This document shows, in pieces, positions 25,701 to 38,510 of a stretch of DNA of 64,000 nucleotides. The translations under genes were made by a program, and so were the position numbers. Under the pieces are notes generated by a model. It saw only the letters and a program-made list of their open reading frames with translations, searched no databases and was not told where the DNA came from. Source of the DNA: Ruditapes philippinarum (Eukaryota); NCBI RefSeq assembly GCF_026571515.1, contig NW_026860429.1, forward strand, positions 248,001 through 312,000, given 5' to 3'. Position 1 is the first letter of the stretch; every line of letters begins with the position of its first letter.

Positions 25701-26383
25701 CCAGGAGCGATGCGGTGGCTCAATTGGCTCTGGTAAATTCAATATGACTTACTACCGTGATCCAGATTGAAAACATTACCACTAAATCTCTTGCTTGTAT
25801 TGCATATTTGTGTTGTCATGGAATGATAAGAATTTCTATGTTATTAGCCTTTCCGAACGTAACAAACATATCAGCATTGCAAAAGAGCTGAATTGCATAA
25901 ACATTTTCAAATATTAGTTTAACATATGATTTTATATTGAAGCAATAAATTGCAATCTACTACTTTAAAATAAAGAACAGAAAGGCACATTATGCCACAG
26001 AAAGGGGTAAAAGGGGTAACTTTTCCCTTTATTTAAAATACGAAAAATGAGTTTTATAATGTTCAAATGATTTTATATCATGGTAGATGCTTTTCACATA
26101 AGATAGTAGCGTAAAATATGAAAAAGTAGCGAAATGAAAACATAGTAGTATTTAACTTCTATACAATTTTAATGTGCTAATTTCAAAAAGTAACAGTGGC
26201 AAATATGGTTAACCGATGAGTAAAATTTTGTAAACTAAAACATAACATAAACAATTTAAGAAACAAAAATAAAAATATTTTTTTGGTGTAATGGGCTTTA
26301 GATTACAATTTTAAAATACGGAAAGTGTTCAATGGCTTAATTTAATTTCAATAGAAAATACCGTGTCTTCATTCCTGAAATTT

Positions 26384-26387
<4 letters not shown>

Positions 26388-26446
<59 letters not shown>
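26388..26446. repeat. (TC)n microsatellite
   Basis: Perfect dinucleotide run. Confidence 0.98.
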
Positions 26447-26449
<3 letters not shown>

Positions 26450-27175
26450 ATAGCATATTAATGTATTGTATATAAGGCTGTAATTACTAAGTAAAGTATC
26501 TTGTATGAAAAACTACCAATATTTTTGATTTAAGTACGTTAATGTAATGAAACGCTAAAGCACTAAGACAAAAAGATAACAAGACGTCGTTAAGTCAACG
26601 TTCAAGCACGAAGCACCAAGATTACAGCACGGCTGTAAAGCTGAGGAACTGGATGTAAAGGATAGTTCGTTTACTCTTTTAGTTAAATTGTTTAGATATT
26701 CAAGCTTTGTTTATTTGATATCCATACTTCTTTCAACAAAACATTTTACTCTGCGTTTAGATATCATTGCATTTTCTAGTGAACAATTTATTTTACTGAG
26801 TTTACTTTACACAAGAACTTACTGAGATATAAATTTTGTCCAAAATAATGAGATAAATTGACAAATAATTTTTCAAAGTGTCATTTCAAATATCATTCAT
26901 GATTATTAATCATAAAAAAGCAACGCTGGACACTTAGAAAAACGTTAAAGTTTCCCTAAATTTAATGTCTTATCCATAGGGATACATTATTAATTCAATT
27001 TATAAAAATTATATTTAAGGTGTCAATATTTGTATATTTCATTTCATTGAGCAAGTTACTATATATTTGAATTTATAGATAAATGAAAAATGCTTGTGAA
27101 CCTTAATTTTTCAATAATTGATTTCCTTTAATTTTCAGATATCAAGGCCTTCTATCATAGATTTTATATCAAACT

Positions 27176-27444
27176 GTTTTATTTGCATAATTATGTACAT
27201 ATATATAATTTCACATAGTGTGGTTTACCACTGTAATAAGAATTGATTTTTCTATAAAGTTTAAGTTAAATTTTACAATAAGTAATGAATGCATATATTT
27301 TAAGGACATTTTAATGATTACATATAGATCTAATATGCACAAATATTTGCATTACATATTTTACATATTCTTAGATGTTTGAAAATAGTTTTATTTGCAT
27401 AATTATGTACATATATATAATTTCGCATAGTGTGGTTTACCACT
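27176..27444 (+). repeat. 57-bp direct repeat pair (27176-27232; 27388-27444)
   Basis: GTTTTATTTGCATAATTATGTACATATATATAATTTC.CATAGTGTGGTTTACCACT occurs twice with one mismatch. Confidence 0.9.
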
Positions 27445-28564
27445 TTGATCACAACATACAGGATCCTTAATAATGTACAAAATGTATTAAAAATGTTATT
27501 TGCTCTTTTTGTTTTTGTTTTTGTAGTTTTTTTCTTAGCTACAAGATATTATTATGTCATTGTTATGTGAGATTTGCTAAAATTTCAATATTTTTCGAAA
27601 ACTTAGAGATAATATTATAATAATGATATTATGCCAGTAAACTAGTTTTACTTCGGTCAAGTATCTTTGCTAAAGGTACTTCTTGTTATTTAATGAGTGG
27701 GTCAGACGCAAAAAGCTAATTATTAATAATTGATATATTTATACCTAAAATTCTTAAGTTACTGATATCAATTATACTGGTATCAAATATTACGATACAT
27801 AATAACTTTTTAATTAAGCGATGATGCTATACGAACAGTATACAAAGTAAGCCACAAAGTAATTAATATTTTTGGGTTGATTAATTTTCAAAATTAACGA
27901 TCATAATGCAAATGGCCTCTAAGGTCTTACCTTAATTGTTTATTGGATACCTAAAGCAAAATGTGAAAGTTCAGTAAATAACAGCAATGCTTACGTTTTA
28001 AATTGTTGTTAGATCATAAAAATCGTAAACAAGTTGTCATTGACATAAACAAGGCATCATTCCAATAAAGTAACAAATATATTTTGTCAGGTATTTCTTA
28101 TTTTCCAACATCATATGTAGAATCAAAATCATAATTGTCTATATCTATAAAATATTTTTTTGTGTTTTAAGAACTATTAACGAGAAATATGTTTTAAATA
28201 GATGCTTGAACTTGGATTAATTTAATTTTACCTAACCATGTTGAAACGCAAGAACCTTTTGTTAAATAAATATTATTCATGTGGATGTCTATTTTTTATA
28301 TTATTTCTTATTTCTATTAATGATATAATTTTTAAAAATCTCGTCCAAAGACCTGAATTTCCGGCCCAAACTGTCCCTCTTTAATAATCAAAGCACAGCT
28401 GGCGCTGAATTTATTTGGGTCTCAGACTGTCAGAAAGGTGAAGGTTGTGAGATTATAAACCAATTTGTATAGTGCCATCAATGCTGTTTCCAGTGTTGTA
28501 ACTGTAGTAAATTGACTATAAGGCTAATTACAATGTTTATTTGGCTTAAACAATTAAAATAAAA

Positions 28565-28760
28565 AGTTGCCTTAACTTGGATTTGAATTCCAGACCCCTC
28601 CCTTTCAAAGCAGCGTGTAACCACTCAACCTCAGAGAAATTATAAGATAACAGCCTGGAGAAAACCACATTGTTTGAAATTAGGGTTTGTAACCCTTATT
28701 AATTTCGAGATATTTTGTTCACGGTAAACCTGTTGTTAACACTGATGTAAATAATCACGG
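28565..28760 (-). mobile_element. Interspersed repeat with tRNA-like segment; inverted relative at about 40838-41055
   Basis: TTTGTAACCCTTATTAATTTCGAGATATTTTGTTCACG matches the reverse complement of 40870-40910. Both copies adjoin A/B-box-like sequence. Confidence 0.55.
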
Positions 28761-30916
28761 AGCTTAATATATTATCATGTATATCTGTAAAGAATTACAC
28801 AATATTAGAAATCTTCGACCAATCGGAAACTATTTTTTCTTTCCCATTGAAGGCTTAAAAATTAATGCGCCTGTCATTTGACAATCTTTACGCATTGATC
28901 TCCCCTAAATTTCGGTTTTTGCAAATATCAGGGTCTGAAATTTCGCTACCATTATTTGTTTGGTCTGGTACTTAAGATGACTTGACCTTGACCTGTCGTG
29001 TGCCTTCTCCGCGACGTGCACGCCTCTGGAGGGATTTGGAGTGGGGATGACAACCGCACAAGTACATACACTTATATACTTAAAACAATAAGTGACGGGC
29101 ATATTGGACGTAGATGGATTTCGTTAGCATGAGGTCCACCAGAAAGTATATTTTAACGTATGTTTTAAAGATCATGTATGTTTTGTGATTTATATTGTTA
29201 CTGTGTGTATACCACACTTGCAAAAAATTAAATATGTATAAAATTATGCAAATAAATTTTTTTTCAAACATCGAAGAATATGTAAAATGTGTACTGCAAA
29301 TATTTGTGCACATTATATTTAATCAATAAATTACATGAATTCATTTCTTATTGGAAAATTTGACTTAGAATTTATAGAAAATAAATTTCTAATTATCTCC
29401 CTTTATTTACATGAAATGTTAAATTAAGTTATATCTTTATAAATAATGCTTATACAATATTGACAAATCTTAATTTGAGCATCATATTTATGAAATAAAA
29501 CCATGAAAAAATTGTGTTACAGGATCTTTAAATGAACAATATGTTTTACTCTTTACTAGTTGCTTTAGCACAAAAGCCCTAAAAAATATTTTGTTGAACG
29601 GTTTTCAGCGTTATTCATTCTTGCTGATGAGTGGATGTCGATGTTATAATTAGACTGAGGCGAACGGTTTATGACGTTACTCAAATTTTGTAGACATTCA
29701 AAGGTATGCTTTGGAATATTTGATGACCAAATGTTGACGTTAACGAATCGTTTCTTAAAATGATTTATTATTATGAGAAAACGTAAGTGGTTTTTTTTTT
29801 CGGAAAGTGTGGTTATTTTCAATCAAAATTCACGTAAAATAAAGCTTGCACAGGGTCATACATTTGTTTGCAGGCTCCTTTGGATGTTGACTATGAATCC
29901 ATAACATTGATTTACTAGAGCACAGTTGGGTTATGTTAAAATAGATAAATACTTACCGTCCGTCAATTATGGTTTTATACCGTCATGTATATACTGGAAC
30001 GGCTGTCGTCGCGTTGACTTCGAATTTGATTGTACAGTGTGTATTGACCAATAAACATGCAACGGCAGTATTTTTATCAATTATGTTTCATCTGTCTGTA
30101 ATATCGTTTCATTGTTCTGTCCTGTTTTAAATGAAAACCATCTTTCAACAAATTTATGTTTATTTACATCATGTAGGAATTATAACTACATGTTTGTATA
30201 TTTTGCTGAACACTGTTAATAAAACAGTTTTGTATACAAAACATCTGTTAGCACGACAAACTTAGATTTAGGATTTTTGTTACTGCCAATTTTCAAAAAA
30301 TAATTTGATTATATTTTGCTTTAAGCTGAGGTTTGGATGAAAGAAGGATAATTAGACTCTAAAAAATCATGGTAAGTTAAAGGAAGTCATTATAGACAAC
30401 TGTTCTGTAACTTCAATGTTCTTTTCTTCGTGTGACATAGAGCAATCAAAATTCTCTGGAGTAACAGAAACGATTACCTGCACAAAAAATAAGGACAAAA
30501 ACTCTTGTTTTTGGATTTTTTTAATGAACGCACAACATTTCAACAGAAATAAACTACATACACTTTAAAAATAAAACAATATAAATGTTTATTCCCTTGT
30601 TCTGTCGGAATAAAATTATCTTATTATTATGATTGTTTAACGGAAAATACACAATATCATACAACAGAAAATGATTATACGCAGAAATACAACAGTTGCA
30701 CAACATTTTACAATGTACTAATTAGTGATACTATTTACAGTCAATTTCGTGTAAAATTAGCGTTGCAAGAAAGTAAAGAAAATTACAATATAAATGTGAG
30801 CATGCAATCGAAGTTATCAAGCAAATTGTTTATTCCGCTTTTATATTCTTTTGGCTTCAAAAAGTGACAAAAAGTACAATCATAGCATGAGTGTCCAGTA
30901 GGGCTTCTGAACCTAC

Positions 30917-32191
30917 TCATTCAGTTAAAGGCTTTTTTTTCAAACTTAGATCATAACTGCTGGCGACGGAAACAAGCCGATTAACAGGCATGCTTTTACT
31001 ACGTTCGGCACTCGGATTTTTGAAGCATCCGAATGTTTCCTTCACTTGACTACGAAATCGTTGTCCACTGAGGAAATACAAGATGAAATTAATTGCGTGT
31101 TTGGCGTAGGCCAACATATTTACAACCGCCCACATTATTTCCTGTATCTCAGTCATGCCAGTGTCCTCGTCAATCCAGGCCGATATTCCATTCAGGTAAA
31201 TAAGCGCAGGTATTCCCATAAGAACAAATAGTGCGTTAACAAAAAGTATTGACACAGTTATTTGTCTAGCTTGGTCATCAAATGCTGGTTTATTGCCAGA
31301 TGTTTGTCTGTTTGTGTTCGTCATACTCTTCCGCAGCTTTCTGCTTTTTTGTAGACCTTTTATTATAATCAAACCACCAACAAAGAAGATTGTCAGTATG
31401 GTCGTGAAGATGATAGCTAAAAGAATTTGATGCATTCCCGAAAAATATTGTCCATATCCTGGATCGTCATACCAGCATACTTTGATTGTTTTCGTGGCAG
31501 TTAACTTTTCATTTGTTTCAATCTTGACAAACAAATCGTCTATACATTCTTCAGTGGTAGAATTTAAAGCGCTTGCATAATCTTTGAACCTAAATTCACC
31601 GGCAGGATCGATTTTGGTATCAAAATACTGGTCTAGAATAAATTCACATGTATTGGTCGATTTTTCATTTGAATCCAAGGGAAACGAAATAGTTTCAGAT
31701 GTCTCCTTGTATGTTACTTCGTACAACTTCATACCAAAAAACATATGTCCATGAATTACACACGCTGTGAGCGCAAGAGCAATTGAAATGATTACCGCAA
31801 TGTTTACAGTACATATATTCTTTACAAGGTAAGGTTTAGCGGTACATATGGCGCGCTCAATTGTAACAGCTGCCAGCAGGAAGCTGCCGATACTTCCACT
31901 GAAGTAGTTGACGAAGAATTGAAATTTGCACACAAAGTTATTAATATGACGGATATCTATACCAGTGAGATAGATTATCCACCATCGAGGCAACATTATG
32001 ACCATCACAACTATGTCAAAGAGTGCTTTAGCTGACAGGAAAACAGAAGTTGACGACGGCTTGTTTCGTTTGCGTGATAGTACAATCATTGTCATGATGT
32101 TACCAAAAGTTCCAACGGCGAAAATAACCGGGGCTCCAACAATCCAAATCATTCGAGCTATATCTGAACCCTTGCTCTGACTGCTATCCAT
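30917..32191 (-). CDS. Class A GPCR copy 1 (FMRFamide/peptide-receptor-like orphan), 424 aa, single coding exon
   Basis: Seven hydrophobic segments; GN (TM1), D2.50, C3.25, TIERA (E/DRY), FxxxxxP (TM6), INFILY plus helix 8 RFR. Confidence 0.95.
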   Translation of the reverse strand: MDSSQSKGSDIARMIWIVGAPVIFAVGTFGNIMTMIVLSRKRNKPSSTSVFLSAKALFDIVVMVIMLPRWWIIYLTGIDIRHINNFVCKFQFFVNYFSGSIGSFLLAAVTIERAICTAKPYLVKNICTVNIAVIISIALALTACVIHGHMFFGMKLYEVTYKETSETISFPLDSNEKSTNTCEFILDQYFDTKIDPAGEFRFKDYASALNSTTEECIDDLFVKIETNEKLTATKTIKVCWYDDPGYGQYFSGMHQILLAIIFTTILTIFFVGGLIIIKGLQKSRKLRKSMTNTNRQTSGNKPAFDDQARQITVSILFVNALFVLMGIPALIYLNGISAWIDEDTGMTEIQEIMWAVVNMLAYAKHAINFILYFLSGQRFRSQVKETFGCFKNPSAERSKSMPVNRLVSVASSYDLSLKKKPLTE

Positions 32192-32288
32192 CTCTGAAGT
32201 GATGCTAGTATATAAATAATCGTCAGTGCTAGATAGTCACTGTCTTTAATAAGTTAATTCAAGTGACACCGATTCTCAACATTCAACG

Positions 32289-32389
32289 TTTTAAATATCA
32301 ATGTGCACTGCCTTATATGGATAAAACGCGAAAGTACGTAATTTAAGCTGATAGGGGTGTGGTTCTCATTACTCCTTTTACGTTATTGG
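32289..32389 (-). promoter_or_regulatory. GPCR1 proximal promoter: TATA-like 32289-32297, CArG 32311-32320, GC/CACCC box 32354-32362, CCAAT 32385-32389
   Basis: Motif order and spacing are conserved upstream of all five GPCR copies. Confidence 0.6.
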
Positions 32390-34649
32390 TAGCTTAACTT
32401 TAATACGAATTTTCTTTCTTTCAATCAAGAAATGCATGTTATCTACTCAGGTTTTTAAAATAAAGCAAACTATGAAGCGATCTCAATATATAATTATCAG
32501 GCAGTAGGTTCCAGATACTTACAGTTTGGACTGTACGCTTTTTTACTTAATTGGAATACTTTTCTAATGAATTCACATCTGTAATAGATCAAAGTTATAA
32601 TAATACAGTAGTATACGATGAGCATTTGCTTTGTAAAATTAGGATAAACGATTTTTAGTTTTGTTTTTAAGATTTATTTAAGATAAAAGTGTGGTTACAA
32701 ATACAATGATTCTTCGAATATCCGGTCTGAATATTTGTGAGAAGAAAAAAATCCTACCTTATTCAACTGAACTTTTTTTTATGTAATATGAATAAGACAA
32801 AGTCTAAAAGCGAGCTTTTTGATAGAATACATTTCACTATTATGACCATATTTATTAAACCCATCGGCGGCTGCACATTTTTTATTACACATTACTACAC
32901 ACTAAGAACTGCAAACTAACGGCGGCACAAAACCCTTAACACTACTATACGCCTTTTAAAATTTCGGCAATTTCATGTATAATATATCCATATTGAATTT
33001 ATTCATCGGCGGACATTAATTTACTTGAAATCAAATTTCGGGATTACATGTAACAATTCAGTTTTAAGAAAAGGATATGGCGAAACAGGAACCTACCAGA
33101 AGCTGACATTGACTCCGTCCACTACTATATAACTTGTTGATTTTGCAACGTGGAAATATTTGCGATTATTTGCGAATTGAAACTATTCGCAAATATTTGA
33201 TCACGCAAAAATTATTACATTTTAGGCAAACTTTATCTTATCATTTGAAATCATATATTTTAAAGCATCTTACATGAATAAGTTTGACTGTTCAGGTACT
33301 GAGATAAATTTTTCTCATTGTTTGTTTAAGTTTGGTCTTAACAAATCACAAATGTTTTAATAAAAAATATATGAATTGATGAAAAAGAGTTTACCAGGGA
33401 TGACATTTTGTAGTAACATTTATTCAAATTTAGGTAACATAAAGTAAGTTAAACAATAAACCGAAATATATTAACTACATGCATTCATCTTTGGCTGATA
33501 AAGTTTTCAATACATAATAAGAAATTTTTCAGATGTATCCTATGAGAAAAAAAGGCTCAATGTCTCTTAGAATGTCTAAATCACACTGAAAAACAATTTT
33601 CACTTTTGAATTTATACGAAATAGGAATTTATATATTGCTTTCGTAACATTTTGTAAATAGTTTTCTTTGTACAGGTCTAAATACATCTACGTGGAAACT
33701 AATAATACTTGTTGTATTTGTATTACTTTCCTTTCTTTAAAACATACAATAAAGTTTTAGCAGTTGAGAAAGCTACTAACATTGGCATACCTTTTAAGAA
33801 AGAAAATGTGGTGACAACACCAAAAAAATGTTCTAAAGATTCCGATTCACTTTTACAAATTCATGAGTCCACTAACATTTCATTTATTTTATTCAAAAGC
33901 TTTTGTATTTGTTGCTTTTACTCTATATAAATTATGTCCTGAACGCATTGAAAGTTTTTTTTTATCACAAATGTACTTTTAAAATTAAAGCCAGCATCAT
34001 CAAAACACGTATGTTATGTTTAACCCTTACAATTTGAAATACAATTAGGTTTTGTCTCAGTTTTGAAATCAGGTACACATACATCGCGTTTGTTCCTTTT
34101 GTTTTAAACCCCGGGAAATGCTTTAATTTTTTTCTTTTTTAGAATAAGGTGTCCTGTTATACTGTTAAAGGGTACTAATTTGCCATCCTATTGTACAACC
34201 TGTTTGCATCATTTTATGCGTTTTGGCAATATATTCAGAAAAATTGATTAAGAATTAATATGGAAGTCAAAATATTTTGTTTACAATGTGCTTATTTTAT
34301 GACAAAAATTCAGTGGAAGTATCGTCCGGTCATAAGCATCTAGCATGCTCTAAATCCATTTTTGATATATTGCAAATTTATAACTTGAAAATTTTCGTTA
34401 AGAAGAAAAAAATAATTTCGTCCAAAGACCAGAATCTCTAGTCCAAACTGTCCTTCTTTAATAGGAAAAAAAACACAAGAATCAAATGAAATGACATTAA
34501 ACATAAAGCGTGTTGATTTTTAAATACAGTATGTGAAACTAAAGAAACGATATGGTTAAAAATCTCTCTTTGATTTAATTCAACCTATGCTGGAAATAGA
34601 AGTTCAATATTGAAAACAAATTAAATGTATGTAAATTAATAAACGACCG

Positions 34650-34896
34650 TTATTTGCCTCTGTTTAGTTAATTATATTCTATGGGGATGACTTGAAATTA
34701 AACCAGGCGGATAAATTTAATATATATATTAACATATAATATATATGCCTCTGTTTTTTGTTAATTATCTTCTATACGGATGAATAAAACTTAAATCAGG
34801 CGGATAAATTTCAATTTATACATCAATATAAATATGCCTCTGTTTTTGTTAATTTTCTTCTATGTGGATGACTGAAAAAATAATTCAGGCGGATAA
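34650..34896 (+). repeat. ~90-bp minisatellite, 3 copies
   Basis: GCCTCTGTTT...CAGGCGGATAA units start at about 34657, 34747 and 34836. Confidence 0.85.
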
Positions 34897-36468
34897 GCTC
34901 CGTATAAAGTAGTCATTTTTGATCATTTAACCTCTTTACTTTGGCCATGTATAATCTGGAAATAATAATGATAGCACGATAATGACTAGTAACATAAATT
35001 GCATCAAAGGTAATTTGATAAACGAAACCAACAACACAGCGTGAAAAGGTAAACTTATCATTATATCTAACCTCGCGACCTGATGAGTGTTTAAAGAGTA
35101 AGAGCCTGAATGCGTTTGCACGCAGTAATTGTTAAAGATTTCTAAGGTCGCCTGTGTGGTAAAAATGACTCTTAAAAATCCTATATTTATTCCATTCTTT
35201 CTTGTATATTTCCAAGGAAGTCCATTCCGTATCAAACAGCTTCCGACTGAAAAACCAACAATATAAAAAAAACCTAAATGTGTTACAGACAATCGACAAA
35301 AGGACAATGTTAATGCGTAAAGTTCTGCTGAAAATATTCAACGATGACAATAGCGCTGTTCTTATTGACCAATAAACATGCAAAGACAGTATTTTTTATC
35401 AATTATCTTTTTTATTGTCTATAATATCGTTTCATTGTTCTGTGCCTGTTTTAAATGAAAACCATCTTTCAACTAACTTATGTTTATTTTCATCATGTAT
35501 GTAAGAACTAAATACTATACATTTGAGATTTTGCATATTGAAGGCCGCGTGTGTTTCTCTTAAGTGTACATGTATTACACAGGAATTATAGCTTCATGTA
35601 TGTTTATTTTGCTAACCACTGTCAATAAAACAGTTTTGTATACAAAACATCTGTTAGCACGACAAACTTAGATTTAGAATTTTTGTTACTGCCAATGTTC
35701 AAAAATAATTTTATTATATTTTGCTTTAAGTTGAGGTTTGGATGCAAGAAGGATAATTAGACTCTAAAGATCATGGTAAGTTAAGGAAGTCATTGTAGAC
35801 AACTACTCTTAAACTGCAATGTGAATTCCTTCAAGATTTTGATTGTCTGTGACATAAAACAATCAAAATTCTCTGGAGTAACAGAAACGCCTGCAAACAA
35901 GGATTTTCTTTCACAAAAATTTAGGACAAAAACTCTTGTTTTTGGATTTTTTTTTAATGAACGCACAACATTTCAACAGACATTAAATACATACACTTTA
36001 GAAATAACACAATTTAATGTTAATTCTCTTTTTGTTGTCTCAATCTCAATTGTTAAAATGATTATACGCCATAATACAACAATTGCACAACATGTTACAA
36101 TGTACTAATTAGTGATACTATTTACTGATCAGTTTCGTGTAAAACAAGCATTGCAAGAAAGTTAAAAAAATTACAACATAATTATTATCGACCATGCAAT
36201 ACTATTTATTAAGTAAATTGTTTACGCCATAATACTACAGTTGCACGACATGTTACACCGTTCTTATTAGTGATACTATTTACAGTCAGTTTCGTATAAA
36301 ATTAGTATTGCAAGAAAGTCAAGAAATTTAAAACAAAGTATGCAATCGTAGTTATTAAGCAAATTGTTTATTTCGCTTTTATATTCTTTTTGCTTCAATA
36401 GTGACAAAAAATACAATCTTTGCGTGAGTTGCCGGTAGCGCTCCTAAACCTGGTCATTCAGTTCAAGT

Positions 36469-37728
36469 CTATTTTTTCAAACTTAGATCATAAGTGCTGG
36501 CGACGGAAACAAGCCGATTTACAGGCATGCTTTTACTACGTTCGGCACTCGGATTTTTGAAGCATCCGAATGTTTCCTTCACTTGACTACGGAATCGTTG
36601 TCCACTGAGGAAATACAAGATGAAATTAATTGCGTGTTTGGCGTAGGCCAACAGATTTACAACCGCCCACATTATTTCCTGTATTTCTGTCATGCCAGTC
36701 TCCTCGTCAATCCAGGCCGATATTCCATTCAGGTAAATAAGTGCAGGTATTCCCATAAGAACAAATAGTGCGTTAACAAAAAGTATTGACACGGTTATTT
36801 GTCTAGCTTGGTCATCAAATGCTGGTTTATTTCCAGATGTTTGTCTGTTTGTGTTCGTCATGCTCTTCCGCAGCTTTCTGCTTTTTTGTAGACCTTTTAT
36901 TATAATCATACCACCAACAAAGAAAATTGTCAGTATGAGCGTGAAGATAATAGCTAAAAGAATTTGATGCATTCCCGAAAAATATTGTCCATATCCTGGA
37001 TCGTCATACCAGCATACTTTGATTGTTTTCGTGGCAGTTAACTTTTCATTTGTTTCAATCTTGACAAACAAATCATCTATACATTCTTCAGTGGTAGAAT
37101 TTAAAGCGCTTGCATAATCTTTGAACCTAAATTCACCGACAGGATCATTTTTGGTATCAAAATACTGGTCAAGAATAAATTCACATGTATTGGTCGACCT
37201 CTCATTTGAATCCAGGGGAAACGAAATAGTTTCTGATGTCTCCTTGTAAGTAACTTCGTACAGCTTCATACCAAAAAACATATGTCCATGAATTACACAC
37301 GCAGTGAGAGCAAGAGCAATTGAAATGATAACCGCTATGTTTACAGTACAGATATTCTTTACAAGGTACGGTTTAGCGGTACATATAGCGCGTTCAATTG
37401 TAACAGCTGCCAGCAGGAAGCTGCCGATACTTCCACTGAAGTAGTTGACGAAGAATTGAAATTTGCACACAAAGTTATTAATATGACGAACATCTATACC
37501 AGTGAGATAGATTATCCACCAACGAGGCAACATTATGACCATCACAACTATGTCAAAGAGTGCTTTAGCTGACAGGAAAACAGAAGTTGACGACGGCTTG
37601 TTTCGTTTGCGTGATAGTACAATCATTGTCATGATGTTACCAAAAGCTCCAACGGTGAAAATAACCGGGGCTCCAACAATCCAAATCATTCGAGCTATAT
37701 CTGAACCCTTGCTCTGACTGCTATCCAT
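36469..37728 (-). CDS. Class A GPCR copy 2, 419 aa
   Basis: About 11 substitutions relative to copy 1; same 7TM motifs. Confidence 0.95.
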   Translation of the reverse strand: MDSSQSKGSDIARMIWIVGAPVIFTVGAFGNIMTMIVLSRKRNKPSSTSVFLSAKALFDIVVMVIMLPRWWIIYLTGIDVRHINNFVCKFQFFVNYFSGSIGSFLLAAVTIERAICTAKPYLVKNICTVNIAVIISIALALTACVIHGHMFFGMKLYEVTYKETSETISFPLDSNERSTNTCEFILDQYFDTKNDPVGEFRFKDYASALNSTTEECIDDLFVKIETNEKLTATKTIKVCWYDDPGYGQYFSGMHQILLAIIFTLILTIFFVGGMIIIKGLQKSRKLRKSMTNTNRQTSGNKPAFDDQARQITVSILFVNALFVLMGIPALIYLNGISAWIDEETGMTEIQEIMWAVVNLLAYAKHAINFILYFLSGQRFRSQVKETFGCFKNPSAERSKSMPVNRLVSVASTYDLSLKK

Positions 37729-37826
37729 CTCTAAAGTAATGCCAGTATATTAATGGTAGTCGAAACTTGTTTCTCACTATCTTAACTTAGTTAATGTAAA
37801 TGACATCGATGCTCAACATTCAACAG

Positions 37827-37925
37827 TTTAAATAGAAATGCAACATGCCTTATATGGCTAGAACGCACACGCATGCAATTTAAGCATAGATGGGAGGGGC
37901 ATTCACTACAGCTTACACTAATTGG
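37827..37925 (-). promoter_or_regulatory. GPCR2 promoter: TATA-like, CArG 37848-37857, GC box 37892-37900, CCAAT 37921-37925
   Basis: CCTTATATGG 120 bp upstream of the ATG, as in copy 1. Confidence 0.6.
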
Positions 37926-38427
37926 CAAATACTACTGAGTATCATAACTTATCCATGACTTCTTCCTTTTGATTAAATAATGCATATGCTACTTACTGGT
38001 GAAGTTTTTTGAAATTAAGAAAATTAAGAAGCGATATTGTTTTGCGTTTCTCGATGTAATTACCAGGTAACAGGTTACACATATTTACAGTTTGGCTTAT
38101 AAAAGTTTTTTTTTTTCAAGCTGCTTAATTTGTGTAGTTTATTACACTCACTTCCTTTATTAATTAAATATCAAACAATACAGTAGGAAAAATGAGAGGA
38201 CATTTTGTAAAATCATAATGCAACATAACATCCAGATTTCATGTAGAGTAAAATGTGGTACAAATTCTTAGAATTTTAGGTCTGAATATTTGTTAAAAGA
38301 AGATTAATCTACTGATTGTTTTTTCAATGTAATTTGAATAAGGCAAAGTCTCAAAGCTAGCTCTTATACATTACTTGCTTTTCGGTGGTTTATAGAAATA
38401 TATCAGTGATATAAAACTGGTAATTTC

Positions 38428-38510
38428 ACAACGTAGGTGGCTTAAAATCAAAACAGTGAAATTACCATTTTGATAATTTCACTGTTTTGATTTTAAGCCA
38501 CCTACGTTGT
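38428..38510. repeat. Perfect 37-bp inverted repeat with 9-nt spacer
   Basis: 38428-38464 is the exact reverse complement of 38474-38510. Confidence 0.95.

Noticed and set aside
31100-31102. TM7 lysine suggesting an opsin
   Set aside because: The lysine is at 7.45 (K-x3-N), not the retinal-binding 7.43 (K-x5-NP). Position 7.43 is Tyr.
32192-32200. Splice acceptor (TTCAG|AG ATG on minus strand) implying an upstream coding exon for the GPCRs
   Set aside because: The CAG/TAG is not kept in copies 3 and 5, and a conserved TATA/CArG module lies just upstream. It is not fully excluded without transcript data.
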